Source: Heterodontus francisci (Eukaryota). From it: DNA of 64,000 nucleotides. Position numbers and translations under genes: made by a program. Within the stretch, counting starts at the first letter, position 1. Each line of letters begins with the position of its first letter. The notes beneath the pieces were generated by a model. That model worked only from the letters and a program-made list of their open reading frames with translations. It had not been told where the DNA came from and made no database searches. Shown here piece after piece: positions 37,101-48,624 of this stretch. The stretch spans positions 39,504,437 through 39,568,436 of the forward strand of contig NC_090409.1 in NCBI RefSeq assembly GCF_036365525.1. The letters are read 5' to 3'.

Positions 37101-38767
37101 CTGCTATGCCTGTGCTGGGACGAGGGAGCAGTACCCCAGGACATGCGCGATGCCAACATCATCACCCTCTATAAAAACAAAGGTGACCGCGGTGACTGCA
37201 ACAACTACCGTGGAATCTCCCTGCTCAGCATAGTGGGGAAAGTCTTTGCTCGAGTCGCTCTGAACAGGCTCCAGAAGCTGGCCGAGCGTGTCTACCCTGA
37301 GGCACAGTGTGGCTTTCGTGCAGAGAGATCGACTATTGACATGCTGTTCTCCCTTCGTCAGATACAGGAGAAATGCCGCGAACAGCAGATGCCCCTCTAC
37401 ATTGCTTTCATTGATCTCACCAAAGCCTTTGACCTCGTCAGCAGACGTGGTCTCTTCAGACTACTAGAAAAGATCGGATGTCCACCAAAGCTACTAAGTA
37501 TCATCACCTCATTCCATGACAATATGAAAGGCACAATTCAACATGGTGGCTCCTCATCAGAGCCCTTTCCTATCCTGAGTGGTGTGAAACAGGGCTGTGT
37601 TCTCGCACCCACACTTTTTGGGATTTTCTTCTCCCTGCTGCTTTCACATGCGTTCAAATCCTCTGAAGAAGGAATTTTCCTCCACACAAGATCAGGGGGC
37701 AGGTTGTTCAACCTTGCCCGTCTAAGAGCGAAGTCCAAAGTACGGAAAGTGCTCATCAGAGAACTCCTCTTTGCTGACGATGCTGCTTTAACATCTCACA
37801 CTGAAGAATGCCTGCAGAGTCTCATCGACAGGTTTGCGTCTGCCTGCAATGAATTTGGCCTAACCATCAGCCTCAAGAAAACGAACATCATGGGGCAGGA
37901 TGTCAGAAATGCTCCATCCATCAATATTGGCGACCACGCTCTGGAAGTGGTTCAAGAGTTCACCTACCTAGGCTCAACTATCACCAGTAACCTGTCTCTA
38001 GATGCAGAAATCAACAAGCGTATGGGTAAGGCTTCCACTGCTATGTCCAGACTGGCCAAGAGAGTGTGGGAAAATGGCGCACTGACACGGAACACAAAAG
38101 TCCGAGTGTATCAGGCCTGTGTCCTCAGTACCTTGCTCTACGGCAGCGAGGCCTGGACAACGTATGCCAGCCAAGAGCGACGTCTCAATTCATTCCATCT
38201 TCGCTGCCTTCGGAGAATACTTGGCATCAGGTGGCAGGACTATATCTCCAACACAGAAGTCCTTGAAGCGGCCAACATCCCCAGCTTATACACACTACTG
38301 AGTCAGCGGCGCTTGAGATGGCTTGGCCATGTGAGCCGCATGGAAGATGGCAGGATCCCCAAAGACACATTGTACAGCGAGCTCGCCACTGGTAACAGAC
38401 CCACCGGCCGTCCATGTCTCCGTTATAAAGACGTCTGCAAACGCGACATGAAATCGTGTGACATTGATCACAAGTCGTGGGAGTCAGTTGCCAGCATTCG
38501 CCAGAGCTGGCGGGCAGCCATAAAGACAGGGCTAAATTGTGGCGAGTCGAAGAGACTTAGTAGTTGGCAGGAAAAAAGACAGAGGCGCAAGGGGAGAGCC
38601 AACTGTCCAACAGCCCCAACAAACAAATTTCTCTGCAGCACCTGTGGAAGAGCCTGTTACTCCAGAATTGGCCTTTATAGCCACTCCAGGCGCTGCTTCA
38701 CAAACCACTGACCACCTCCAGGCGCGTATCCATTGTCTCTCGAGATAAGGAGGCCCAAAAGAAAAGA
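34110..38767 (+). mobile_element. Full-length RTE-clade non-LTR retrotransposon
   Basis: Flanked by TSD ATAGAAT (34103-34109 / 38768-38774). Single ORF, ~55-nt 3' UTR ending in (AAAAG)n-like tail, 1.4-kb 5' region. Confidence 0.9.
35520..38711 (+). CDS. RTE ORF: AP endonuclease, reverse transcriptase and C-terminal C2H2-like finger (1063 aa, intact)
   Basis: ASWNVRT, LQETR, GDFNA, DTDH (APE); QCGFR, FIDLTKAFD, GVKQGC, LFADD, FTYLGS (RT); CSTC..HSRRC. Confidence 0.96.
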   Translation: MKKGKKVPALRFASWNVRTMCPGLSEDLTQINDSRKTAIINNELSRLNVDIAALQETRLPASGSLAEQDYTFFWQGRDPEEPRQHGVGFAIRNSLLSMIEPPSNGSERILSIRLLTTSGPVHLLSIYAPTLCSAPEAKDQFYEQLHNIISSIPNTEHLFLLGDFNARVGADHDSWPSCLGRYGVGRMNENGQRLLELCTYHNLCITNSFFHTKPCHQVSWRHPRSRRWHQLDLIVTRRAALNSVQITRSFHSADCDTDHSLVCSKVRLRPKKLHHSKQKGHPRINTSRISHPQLLQKFLNSLVTALQNTPTGDAETKWAHIRDAIYESALTTYGKSAKRNADWFQSHNEELEPVIAAKRIALLNYKKAPSDLTSAALKAARSTAQRTARRCANDYWQHLCSHIQLASDTGNIRGMYDGMKRALGPTIKKITPLKSKSGDIITDQRKQMDRWVEHYLELYSRENAVTETALNAAQPLPVMDELDVQPTKSELSDAIDSLASGKAPGKDSITPEIIKSAKPAILSALHELLCLCWDEGAVPQDMRDANIITLYKNKGDRGDCNNYRGISLLSIVGKVFARVALNRLQKLAERVYPEAQCGFRAERSTIDMLFSLRQIQEKCREQQMPLYIAFIDLTKAFDLVSRRGLFRLLEKIGCPPKLLSIITSFHDNMKGTIQHGGSSSEPFPILSGVKQGCVLAPTLFGIFFSLLLSHAFKSSEEGIFLHTRSGGRLFNLARLRAKSKVRKVLIRELLFADDAALTSHTEECLQSLIDRFASACNEFGLTISLKKTNIMGQDVRNAPSINIGDHALEVVQEFTYLGSTITSNLSLDAEINKRMGKASTAMSRLAKRVWENGALTRNTKVRVYQACVLSTLLYGSEAWTTYASQERRLNSFHLRCLRRILGIRWQDYISNTEVLEAANIPSLYTLLSQRRLRWLGHVSRMEDGRIPKDTLYSELATGNRPTGRPCLRYKDVCKRDMKSCDIDHKSWESVASIRQSWRAAIKTGLNCGESKRLSSWQEKRQRRKGRANCPTAPTNKFLCSTCGRACYSRIGLYSHSRRCFTNH

Positions 38768-39244
38768 ATAGAATATAAGCAGGGAGGTTACACTGGAGCT
38801 ATATAAAACACTAGTTAGGCTACAACTTGAGTATGGTGTGCAGTTCCGATCACTTCATTACAGAAAATGGATGCAATTGCACTGGAGAGGGTACAAAGGA
38901 GGTTTTTTGAGGATGTTGCCAGGACTGGAAAATAGCAGCCACGAGGAAGAATTGGATAGGCTGGGTTGTTTTCCTTGGAACAGAGGAGACTGAGGGGAGA
39001 TTTGATTGAGGTGTCAAGGTTGTGAGGGACCTGGATAAAGTTGATGGGAAGCTCCTTTTATCTCAGTGCAATGGTCAGTGACTAGGGGACATAGATTTAA
39101 AGTGATTGGTAGAAGGATTAGAGAAGGGAGATGAGGAAACATTTTATCACCCAGATGGTGGAGGAGGTCTGGAACTCACTGCCTGAAAGGGTCATAGAGG
39201 CAGAAACCCTCAACTCATTCAAACGGTGTCTGGATACGCACCTG

Positions 39245-41880
39245 AATATTGAGGAGTACATGACATTTAGGAAGGAGAGGAAGCTAGGAAAAGGTGGAGG
39301 GGTTGCTCTGTTAATTAATGATGGTATTAGCACTATTGAGAGAGACGACCCAAGTTCTGAAAACCAAGCTATAGAAGCAGTTTGGGTCGAGATGAGAAAT
39401 GATAAAGGCAAGAAGTCACTTGTGGGAGTGGTGTAGAGGCCCCCTAACAGTAACCACACAGTAGAACGGGGTATAAAAGAAATATGGGAGCATGTCAGAA
39501 AGGTCCGGCAAAAATCATGGGGAATTTTAATCTACGTATAGACTGAAAAATTCAGATGGGCAAAGGCAGCCCAGATAAGGAGTTCATGGAATGGTTTTGC
39601 GATAGTTTCTTAGATCACCACATTCTGGAGTCAGAGAGCAGGACATACTAAACCTCATGTTGTGCAACAAGAGAGGATTAACTCATGACCTCGTAGTGAA
39701 GGTCCCCTCAGCTGTGATCATAGTACAATTGAATTTTATATTCAGTTTGAGGGAGAGAAGAGTGGGTCCACAACTAGTATGTTAAAGTTAAACAAGGACA
39801 ATTGTGAGGACAGGAATACAGAAGGTGGAGAGGCTAGCATTCCAGGCTAACTGCTAAGATGGCCAAATACACAAACAGACGTGGTCAGACCGGATTTGTC
39901 ACATGACTAACTGGCTGGTGGAGTTTTTTTGAATCTGAACTTGCCACAGAGTTTTAAAACACAAAACTGTTTGCTCCTGGACTGAAAAGACCTCTCTCCT
40001 GTCTGCTCTCATCTCGCTCTCACCAGCTTCGGAAGCCATTGAAGACACACGAACCCCAAGATAGAAAAGTGTCCTATGGTGAACAAGGTTTAAAAATACC
40101 GGGCCCCAACGAAAAGCAAGAATTACCTACAAGTGAGAACTACAGCGAGCTAGAAGCACCGTAACAAGAAACTCTTCTGATATTGCCTTAAAACTCTTTT
40201 CTTCTGCTCTTTTCTCTCTCTATTTACATGTGTGTATTGTGTATACATGCTAGTGGGGGGTGGGGGGAGGGTGGTGTGTATCCATATTAGTTAACCAAAT
40301 TAGAGTTTAAGTTTTAATTAATTTCACTTTTCTTCTTTAAACCTAAGAAAGCCTGTTTGTACTCATTCTTTGCCTTATAATTGGAAAGCGGTGAACAAGC
40401 ATTCACCAAGGGGGAGCTCAAAGTACACTGTATAAAATTAAACCCTGTTACAATAAGACCAGGTGAAGGCTGAGAAAGAACCCGAGGCACCTTTCTCACC
40501 TGGTTTAGTTTAGTTTTGAGATACAGCACTGAAACAGGCCCTTCGGCCCACCGTGTCTGTGCCGACCATCAACCACCCATTTATACTAATCCTACACTAA
40601 TTCCAAATTCCTACCACATCCCTATCTTTCCCTACCACCTACCTATACTAGGGGCTATTGCTAATGGCCAATTAACCTATTGGCCATTATAAGTCTTTTG
40701 GCATGTGGGAGGAAACCGGAGCACCTGGAGGAAACCCATGCAGACACAGGGAGAACTTGCAAACTCCACACAGGCAGTACCCAGACTTGAACCTGGATCG
40801 CTGGAGCTGTGAGGCTATGGTGCTAACCACTGCGCCACCCTATGTGGTCATAACACTGGCTAGAAATATGAAGACAGATAGTAAGAGTTTCTGTAGATAT
40901 TTTAAAAAAAAGTTAACAAAGATGCTCCACAGATGATGCCAGATCAGAGTATTTCCAGCACTTTTTGTTTTTAATTTAACAAAGTGAGCGTCAGGGAAAA
41001 AAGGAGATGGCAGATGAATTGAACAGGTATTTTGCATCAGTCTTCAACATATAGGATATAAGTAACATCCCAGAAATAGCTGTAAATCAGGAAATGGAAG
41101 GGATGGAGGAACTTGAGAAAATTACCATCACCAGGGATGTAGTACTGAGCAAATTGTTGGAGTTGCGGGCTGACAAGTCTCAGGGTCCTGATAGACTTCA
41201 ACCCAAGGACTCAAAAGTGGCTAATGAAATAGTTGATGGGTTGGTTTGAATTTTCCAAAATTCCCTAGATTCAGAGAAGGTTCCATTAGATTGGAAAATA
41301 GCAAATGGAACTTCTTTATTGAAAAAGGGAGGGAGCCAGAAAGCAGGAAACTACAGGGCAGTTAGCTTAACATTTATCATCGGGAAAATGTTAGATATTA
41401 TAAAAGACATTACGGCAGGGTACATAGAAAAATTCAAGGTAACCAGAGAGAATCAACATTGTTCTGTAAAAGGGAAATCATGTTGAACCAATTTATTGGG
41501 CTTCTTTGAAGTAGTAACATATGCTGTGGATAAAGGGGAACTGGTGGATGTACTGTACTTAGAATTCCAGAAGGCACTTGATAAGGTCCACATCAAAGGT
41601 TATTGTGGAAAATAAAAGCTCATGGCATAGGGAGTTACATATTAGCATGGATAGAAGATTGGCTAGCTAACAGGAAACAGTAGGCATAAATGGGTCATTT
41701 TCTGGTTGATAAGGTGGAACAAGTGGTGTGCCACAGATGTCAGTGCTGGGGCTTCAACTTTTTACAATTTATATAAATGACTTCGATGAAGGAACCAAAA
41801 GGTACGGTTGCTAAATTTGCTAACGATACAGAAATAGGTAGGAAAGTAAATTGTGAAGGGGACAATAAGGAGGCTGCTCA
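39245..41880 (+). mobile_element. Decayed CR1 ORF2 with nested LTR-like segment (~39803-40855) and SINE (~40510-40840, -)
   Basis: FRKERKLGKGGGVALLI, GNYRAVSL and VDVLYLEF-like remnants. The nested segment begins tgtgagg and ends ggtcataaca. Confidence 0.7.
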
Positions 41881-42235
41881 GGGTCAGAAACAGCAGACTG
41901 AGAGAAAAAGGACAGAGCAGAGTCATCTGAACTTCACCGGCCAATCGGGTGAGTCCGCTCTGTCGACCCGCCCACTGTAAACACCACTGTCCAATCGCCT
42001 TCTGATCTCTGATCACCAGCTGCAATCAGCAGTGACGTTTTCGTATTTGTATTTGCGCATGTGCCAAAACAGCGCCACCTGCTGATCGCGTTCTCAACAA
42101 TTGCGGTCATTTTTAAAACCGGATCCAGGTTTTAGCGGCAGATTCCCAGTCTCCTGTGTCCGGGAGGAGATGATCCAGGATCAGGGCAATGGATGGAAAA
42201 ACACTGCAGGTACTGTCAGTGTCTCACACCCGGGG

Positions 42236-43127
42236 GGTCAGTAATGGGGAGCGGGACCATGGACTGTGTCAGGGCTGCTCCCGGTCTCAATGTGTCTCAG
42301 AGCCGGGAGGGAGGGAGGTCAGTAATGGGGAGAGGGACCATGGACTGTGTCAGGGCTGCTCCCGGTCTCAATGTGTCTCAGAGCCGGGAGGGAGGGGGGG
42401 TCAGTAATGGGGAGTGGGACCATGGACTGTGTCAGGGCTGCTCCCAGTCTCCATGTGTCTCAGAGCCGGGAGGGAGGGGGGTCAGTAATGGGGAGCGGGA
42501 CCATGGACTGTGTCAGGGCTGCTCCCGGTCTCAATGTGTCTCAGAGCCGGGAGGGAGGGAGGTCAGTAATGGGGAGAGGGACCATGGACTGTGTCAGGGC
42601 TGCTCCCGGTCTCAATGTGTCTCAGAGCCGTGAGGGAGGGAGGTCAGTAATGGGGAGCGGGACCATGGACTGTGTCAGGGCTGCTCCCGGTCTCAATGTG
42701 TCTCAGAGCCGGGAGGGAGGAGGGTCAGTAATGGGGAGAGGGACCATGGACTGTGTCAGGGCTGCTCCCGGTCTCAATGTGTCTCAGAGCCGGGAGGGAG
42801 AGAGGTCAGTAATGGGGAGAGGGACCATGGACTGTGTCAGGGCTGCTCCCGGTCTCAATGTGTCTCAGAGCCGGGAGGGAGGGAGGTCAGTAATGGGGAG
42901 TGGGACCATGGACTGTGTCAGGGCTGCTCCCGGTCTCAATGTGTCTCAGAGCCGGGAGGGAGGGAGGTCAGTAATGGGGAGCGGGACCATGGACTGTGTC
43001 AGGGCTGCTCCCGGTCTCAATGTGTCTCAGAGCCGGGAGGGAGGGGGGTCAGTAATGGAGAGTGGGACCATGGACTGTGTCAGGGCTGCTCCCGGTCTCA
43101 ATGTGTTTCAGAGCCGGGAGGGAGGGG
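42236..43127 (+). repeat. Start-codon minisatellite, 11 units, with no leader exon behind it (joined to CR1)
   Basis: Same unit and same upstream flank as 26090-26150, in opposite orientation. Confidence 0.95.
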
Positions 43128-46100
43128 TGTATAAATGTGAGTATGAAGACAGAGGTTATACTGCAGCTGTACCAAACCCTGGTTAGAGCCCACTTGGAGT
43201 ACTGTGAGCAGTTCTGGGCACCATACCTTAGGAAGGATATATTGGCCATGGAGGGAGTGCAACGGAGGTTTACAAGAATTTGTTTCAGATTTCCAGCATC
43301 CGCAGTATTTTGCTTTTATTTACAAGAATGATACCTGGACTACAGGGTTTAAGTTATGAGGAGAGATTACACAAATTAGGCCTGTTCTTGCTGGAATTTA
43401 GAAGGTTAAGGGGTGATCTGATTGAAGTCTTCCTGTTATTAACAGGGAAAGACAGGCTAGATAAACTATTTCCACTGGTTGCAGATTCTGAAACGAGGGG
43501 GCATTGTCTATAAATTAGGGCCAGACCGTTCAGGAGAGATGTTGGGAAGCACTTCTTCACGTAAAGGGTGGTAGAGGTTTGGAACTCGCTCCCACAAACA
43601 GCAGTTGAAACTAGAACAGCTGTTAGTTTTAAATCAGAGATAGATTTTTTTGTTAAGTAAAGATATTAAGGGATATGGAGTTAGGCAGTGGATCAGCCAT
43701 GATCTCATTGAATGTGGGACAGGCTCGAGGGGCTGAATGGCCTCCTGCTGTTCCTATCTTCCTATTGGTAATGTTTTAATAGTGGTAGTATTTAACTGTA
43801 ACAGCTGTGGTAGTTCAGGAAGGCCTGCCTCCTCACCCTGACCCTCAAGCCATACGTCACCCACTGTCTCTCCCTAACGGGCTATGGTCAGAGCAGCTGA
43901 TTTTGTAGGGTATATTCATAATGGAAAGATATATTAATGTTGGTAAAGTTTAGTATTAGCAGCATTTAGGTTATTATTACTATTGGCAGGATTTTAGTAT
44001 TAGTGGCAGCAAGGTTTAATTGTCGTACCGAGAGAGAGCGACTGACCAACCCAGCCAGCCAATGAGTCTGCAATACAGAGGAAACAAAGATTAGAAAATT
44101 CGAGTTTGGCAGTGCTCCAGGTATCTACTTTAATGCAGGGAGTATAGCAAATTAAGCATACTAGCTGAGAGCACAGACATATGGCAGTATGATATCATAG
44201 CTATTACAGAAACATGGTTTAAGGAGGGACAGGATTAGCAGCTCAATGTTCCTGGTTTATGTGGTTTTCAGACGCGATAGCGAGAGGGATAGAAAGGAGG
44301 GGGAGTGGTAATTTTGGTCAAAGAAACTATTACATCGGTGAGGAGAGGTGATATGTTAGATGGCTCATCAAATGAGGCCACATGGATTGAGCTAAGGAAC
44401 AGAAAAGGGACAATCACTGCTAGGAATGTACTATAGAGCCCCAAACAGACAGAGGGAGGTAGAAGAGTAGATATGTAGGCAAAGGGGAGATTCAAGTGGT
44501 TCAGAATAAACCTATTCCCACAAAGAAAAAGGGTGGGACGACCAAATCTAGAGCCCCATGAAAGTCAAGGTGCTTGCAGAGTAAGATAATGCAGAGAAGG
44601 AAAGCTTATGTCCGACACTGAGAGCTCAATACTACAGAAAGCCGAGAGGAGTATAGAAAATGGAGGGTGAAATCAAAAAGGACAGCAAAGAGCGGGCAAG
44701 AAGACCGAATAATTACAGACCAGTCAATTTAACCTCAGTGTGCAAATTAGTGGATTCAATTCTGAGAAACAGGATAAACTGTCACTTAGAAGGGCACGGG
44801 TTAATCAAGGATAGTCAACATGGATTTGTTAAAGGAAGATCGTGTCTGACTAACTTGCTTGAAGTTTTTGAAGAAATAACGAGGATTGATGAGGGTAGTG
44901 CAGTTGATGTGGTCTACATGGATTTTAGCAAGGCAAGGTCCCACATGGCAGACTGGTTTTAAAAAAAAATAAAATAAAATCCCATGGAATCCAGGGAAAT
45001 GTAGCAAGCTGGATATAAATTGGCTCAGTGGCAGGAAATGAAGGATAATTGTTGACTGGTGTTTTTGTGACGGGAAGGCTGTCTCCAGTGGCGTTCCACA
45101 GGGCTCCGGACTAGATCCTCTATCTTGTGGGAGATGTTAAAGATTTGGATGTAAATGTAAGGGGCATGATCAAGATGTTTGCAGACGATACGGAAATTGG
45201 CTGTGTGATAGATAGAGAGGAGGATAGCTGTAGGCTGCAGGAAGATATTGATGGACTGGGCAGGTGAGTAGAAAAGTGGCAAATGGAATTCAACTTGGAG
45301 AAGTGTGAGGTGATGCATTTGGGGAGGTCAAACAAGGCAAAGGAATACACGATTAATGGAAGAATATGGAGGGGTGCAGAGGAAGTGAGGGACCTTGGAG
45401 TGAATATCCACAGATCCCTGAAGGTAGCAGGACAGGTCGATAAGGTGGTTAAGAAAGCCTCGGGAATCCTTTCCTTTATTAGAGAAGGTTTAGAATACAA
45501 GAACAGGGAGGTTATGCTGGAACTGTATAACTCATTGGTTAGGCCACAATTGGAGTACTGTGTGCAGTTCTGGTCACCTCATTACAGAAAGGATGTCATT
45601 GCACTAGAGAGGGTACAGAGATTAGAGGATGTTGCTGGGCCTGGAAAAATGCAGCTATGAGGAAAGATTGGATAGGCTGGGGTTGTTCTCCATGGAACAG
45701 AGAAGGCTAAGGGGAGATCTGCTTGAAATGTACAAAATTTTGAGGGGCCTGGATAGAGTGGAGGTGAAGGGTCTATTCACCTTAGCAGAGAGGTCAGTGA
45801 CGAGGGGTCAGACATTTAAAGTGATTGGTAGAAGAATAGAAACATAGAAAATAGGAGGAGTAGGCCATTCGGCCCTTCAAGCCTGCTCTGCCATTCATTA
45901 TGATCATTAAAGGGGAGATGAAAAATCTTTTCACCCAGAGGGTGGTGGGGGTCTGGAACTCACTGTCTGAAAGGGTAGTTGAGGCAGAGACCCTCAATTC
46001 ATTCAAAGGTGTCTGGATATGTACCTCAAGTGTCAGTCTGCAGGACTACGGACCAAATCACTGAAGGTGGGATTAAGCTGGGTGGCTTGTTTTAGGGCTG

Positions 46101-46160
46101 GTGCAGACATGATGGGCCGAGTGGCCTCTTCCTGTGCTGTAAACATTCTGATTCTATGAT
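43128..46160 (+). mobile_element. Two consecutive decayed CR1 elements (~43128-43765 and ~43990-46160)
   Basis: LYQTLVRAHLEYCEQFWAPY, NYRPVNLTSV, SQHGFVKGRSCLTNL, MEFNLEKCEVMHLG, RLRGDL motifs; (attct)n-type tail. Confidence 0.85.
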
Positions 46161-47214
46161 TAGCCTAAAGTCCCCCTGTTGGATGTGGTGGGGTGGGGCT
46201 ACACTGATTGACATGAGAACCCACCAATAGGAACTGAGCTAAAACCAGACTACAGTAAAATACTGAAATCAAAAAACAGACAAATACTTTGACCAGTTCT
46301 GATAAAATGTCAGTGACTAGAAAGCAGGATATAGTTTATAATTCCAGTTTCTGTCCAGGCTGAGGCCAGGCTTGTTTTTAAATCTTTCAGTGTCAAATCC
46401 AAAATTTAATTAAGAATTGCAGAGAGCAGAACAAGTACAAAATATTCATATAAGCAAGGACAAAAATGGTGCAGTCAGTGTGAGGAGGCCTCGCATGTTC
46501 CCTTCCAGGTCACTCACCATCCTGACTTGGAAATATCCCCCCGCCCCCCAGACTCAACATTCTGGGGGTTACCAATGACCAGAAACTGAATTGGACCAAC
46601 CACACAAATACCGTGGCGACAAGAGCAGGCTTGGAATTCTGAGGCGAGTAACTCACCTCCTGACTCCCCCAAAGCCTGTCTACCATCTACAAGGCATAAG
46701 TCAGGAGTGTGATGGAATACTCTCCACTTGCCTGGATGGGTGCAGCTCCAACAACACTCAAGAAGCTCGACACCATCCAAAACAAAGCAGCCCGCTTGAT
46801 TGGCACTCCATCCACAAACATTCACTCCCTCCACCACCGACGCACAGTGGCAGCAGTGTGTACCATCTGCAAGATGCACTGCAGCAATGCACCAAGGCTC
46901 CTTAGACAGCACCTTCCAAACTCACGATTTCTACCAATTAGAAGGACGAGGGCAGCAGATGCATGGGAACACCACCACCTGCAAGTTCCCCTCCAAGCCA
47001 AACACCATCTCAACTTGGAACAATATCGCTGTTCCTTCACTGTCGCTGGGTCAAAATCCTGCAACTCCCTTCCGAACACTACGGGTGTGCGTATATCACA
47101 TGGACGCAGGGGTCAGGAATGTTCCCCCTCTGTCTGGACCCCATCCCCGTGGTCCGTGTTGCAATGTGTAGCACTTGCTGTTGGCTGACATTGGTTGAGC
47201 AGCAGCTTCCATGT

Positions 47215-47567
47215 CTGCAGGAAGGGATGATCCAGGATCGGGGCAATGGGTGGAAAAGCACTGCAGGTACTGTCACTGTCTCACAACCGGGGGGTCAGTA
47301 ATGGGGAGCGGGACCATGGGCTGTGTCAGGGCTGCTCCCGGTCCCAATGTGTCTCAGAGCCGGGAAAGAGGGGTGGGGGTCAGTAATGGGGAGCGGGACC
47401 ATGGGCTGTGTCCTGGCTCACGTTGTGAATTTATACAGACTGCAGTTAGCTGTCTCCTACAAAGAACACTTGTCTGGGTGTCTGGGACTGAAATCAGTAA
47501 TGTGTATATTACTGGGGAATAGTCTTCATTATATCAGGAATTCATCTCCTGCGCTTCACTTTGGGAG
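47215..47567 (+). pseudogene. Deleted leader-region paralog (2 repeat units; signal-peptide body and donor missing)
   Basis: ATGGGCTGTGTCCTGGCTCA jumps directly to the intron-1 sequence ttgtgaatttatacagactgcag, homologous to 21350-21460. Confidence 0.7.
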
Positions 47568-48190
47568 CATTGTCTATAATCTACACTTAAAGAATTCACA
47601 AATGCGGACTGGTGAAAGGTATATCAATGTTTCATTCACACATTAAATCATCAAATACAAACTCTCACTACTTGCACAGTATACTACCCGTCAAGACACG
47701 ATGTGATCAGTTTTAGACTTGTGGCTGCCCTTCTCTTCAGAGTCCTTGACTCAGGTATCTTCCAGTGTACTTCCTCAGGTTTCTTGTGCCGTCCCAAGTT
47801 TCAGTCAGGGATTAAATCTGGTTTCCAAGACCCTCCCCTCTTGCTTAAGGATAGAGGTCTGGTATAATAATGATAATTCCTTATTTGGTTCAGTGAGAAC
47901 CTGGTCAGCACTTCTTGTTTCTTTGCACTCTCCCATTGTCTACTGTGGGTTTAATCATATCTCATATCCATCGTAACTCCTTTATCTGGATTGTGCAAGG
48001 ACAGTCTGGTAGCATCTCTCATTTCAGCCTGTTTTTCTGTCCTGTCTACAATTCCTTGGTCATCTGTGCTGTTCCCCTTTCTGCCCAGCGCGTGCACCCC
48101 CCCCCCCCACCCCCACGTTTCAACAAACTGTATTGTTGTGTGACTAGCCCTTTGTTTCAACTGAGTTCTTGTGTTTTTACTGGGTCTACA
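47568..48190 (-). repeat. ERV 3' LTR
   Basis: Colinear, visibly diverged copy of 52069-52677, adjacent to the PPT. Confidence 0.88.
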
Positions 48191-48459
48191 GTCCCCCCCC
48201 CCCCCCCCCACCCCCCTCCATTGATCCTGCAGGGCTATGCCCAAGGGATCACACTGTTATGTCTCTTAGGTAGTCTACTTGTGTAATTACAATTTCATTT
48301 TCAAAGCAAGAGCATAAACAGTGTAATGTTAAACAAAACACAATTTAAGTATCACTATTACATCATCACTTGTGTCAACACAAGTCGCAATTTTATTTTT
48401 AGAATACATTTATCATTCATTAATTCATTTTAAGCATTTAACAATAGGTTATACAATTA

Positions 48460-48600
48460 CCCAGTTCTGAAGAAGGGTCACTGACCTGAAACATTAACTC
48501 TGCTTCTCTCTCCACAGATGCTGCCAGACCTGCTGAGTATTTCCAGCATTTTTGTTTCAGATTTCCAGCATCTGCAGTATTTTGCTTTTATTTTTATTTA
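48460..48600 (+). mobile_element. Penelope pLTR fragment with hammerhead core nested in the ERV
   Basis: ctgaagaagggtcactgacctgaaacatt at 48467-48495. Confidence 0.7.
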
Positions 48601-48624
48601 TACAGTTACTCTCATATTACATAA

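Larger units (their letters stand above)
33790..39240 (+). mobile_element. CR1 3' fragment interrupted by the RTE insertion
   Basis: CR1 RT text ..ctttattagcagagtatagaat (34109) resumes as tagaatataagcagggagg (38769) and runs to QMVEEVWNSLPERVIEAE. Confidence 0.8.
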
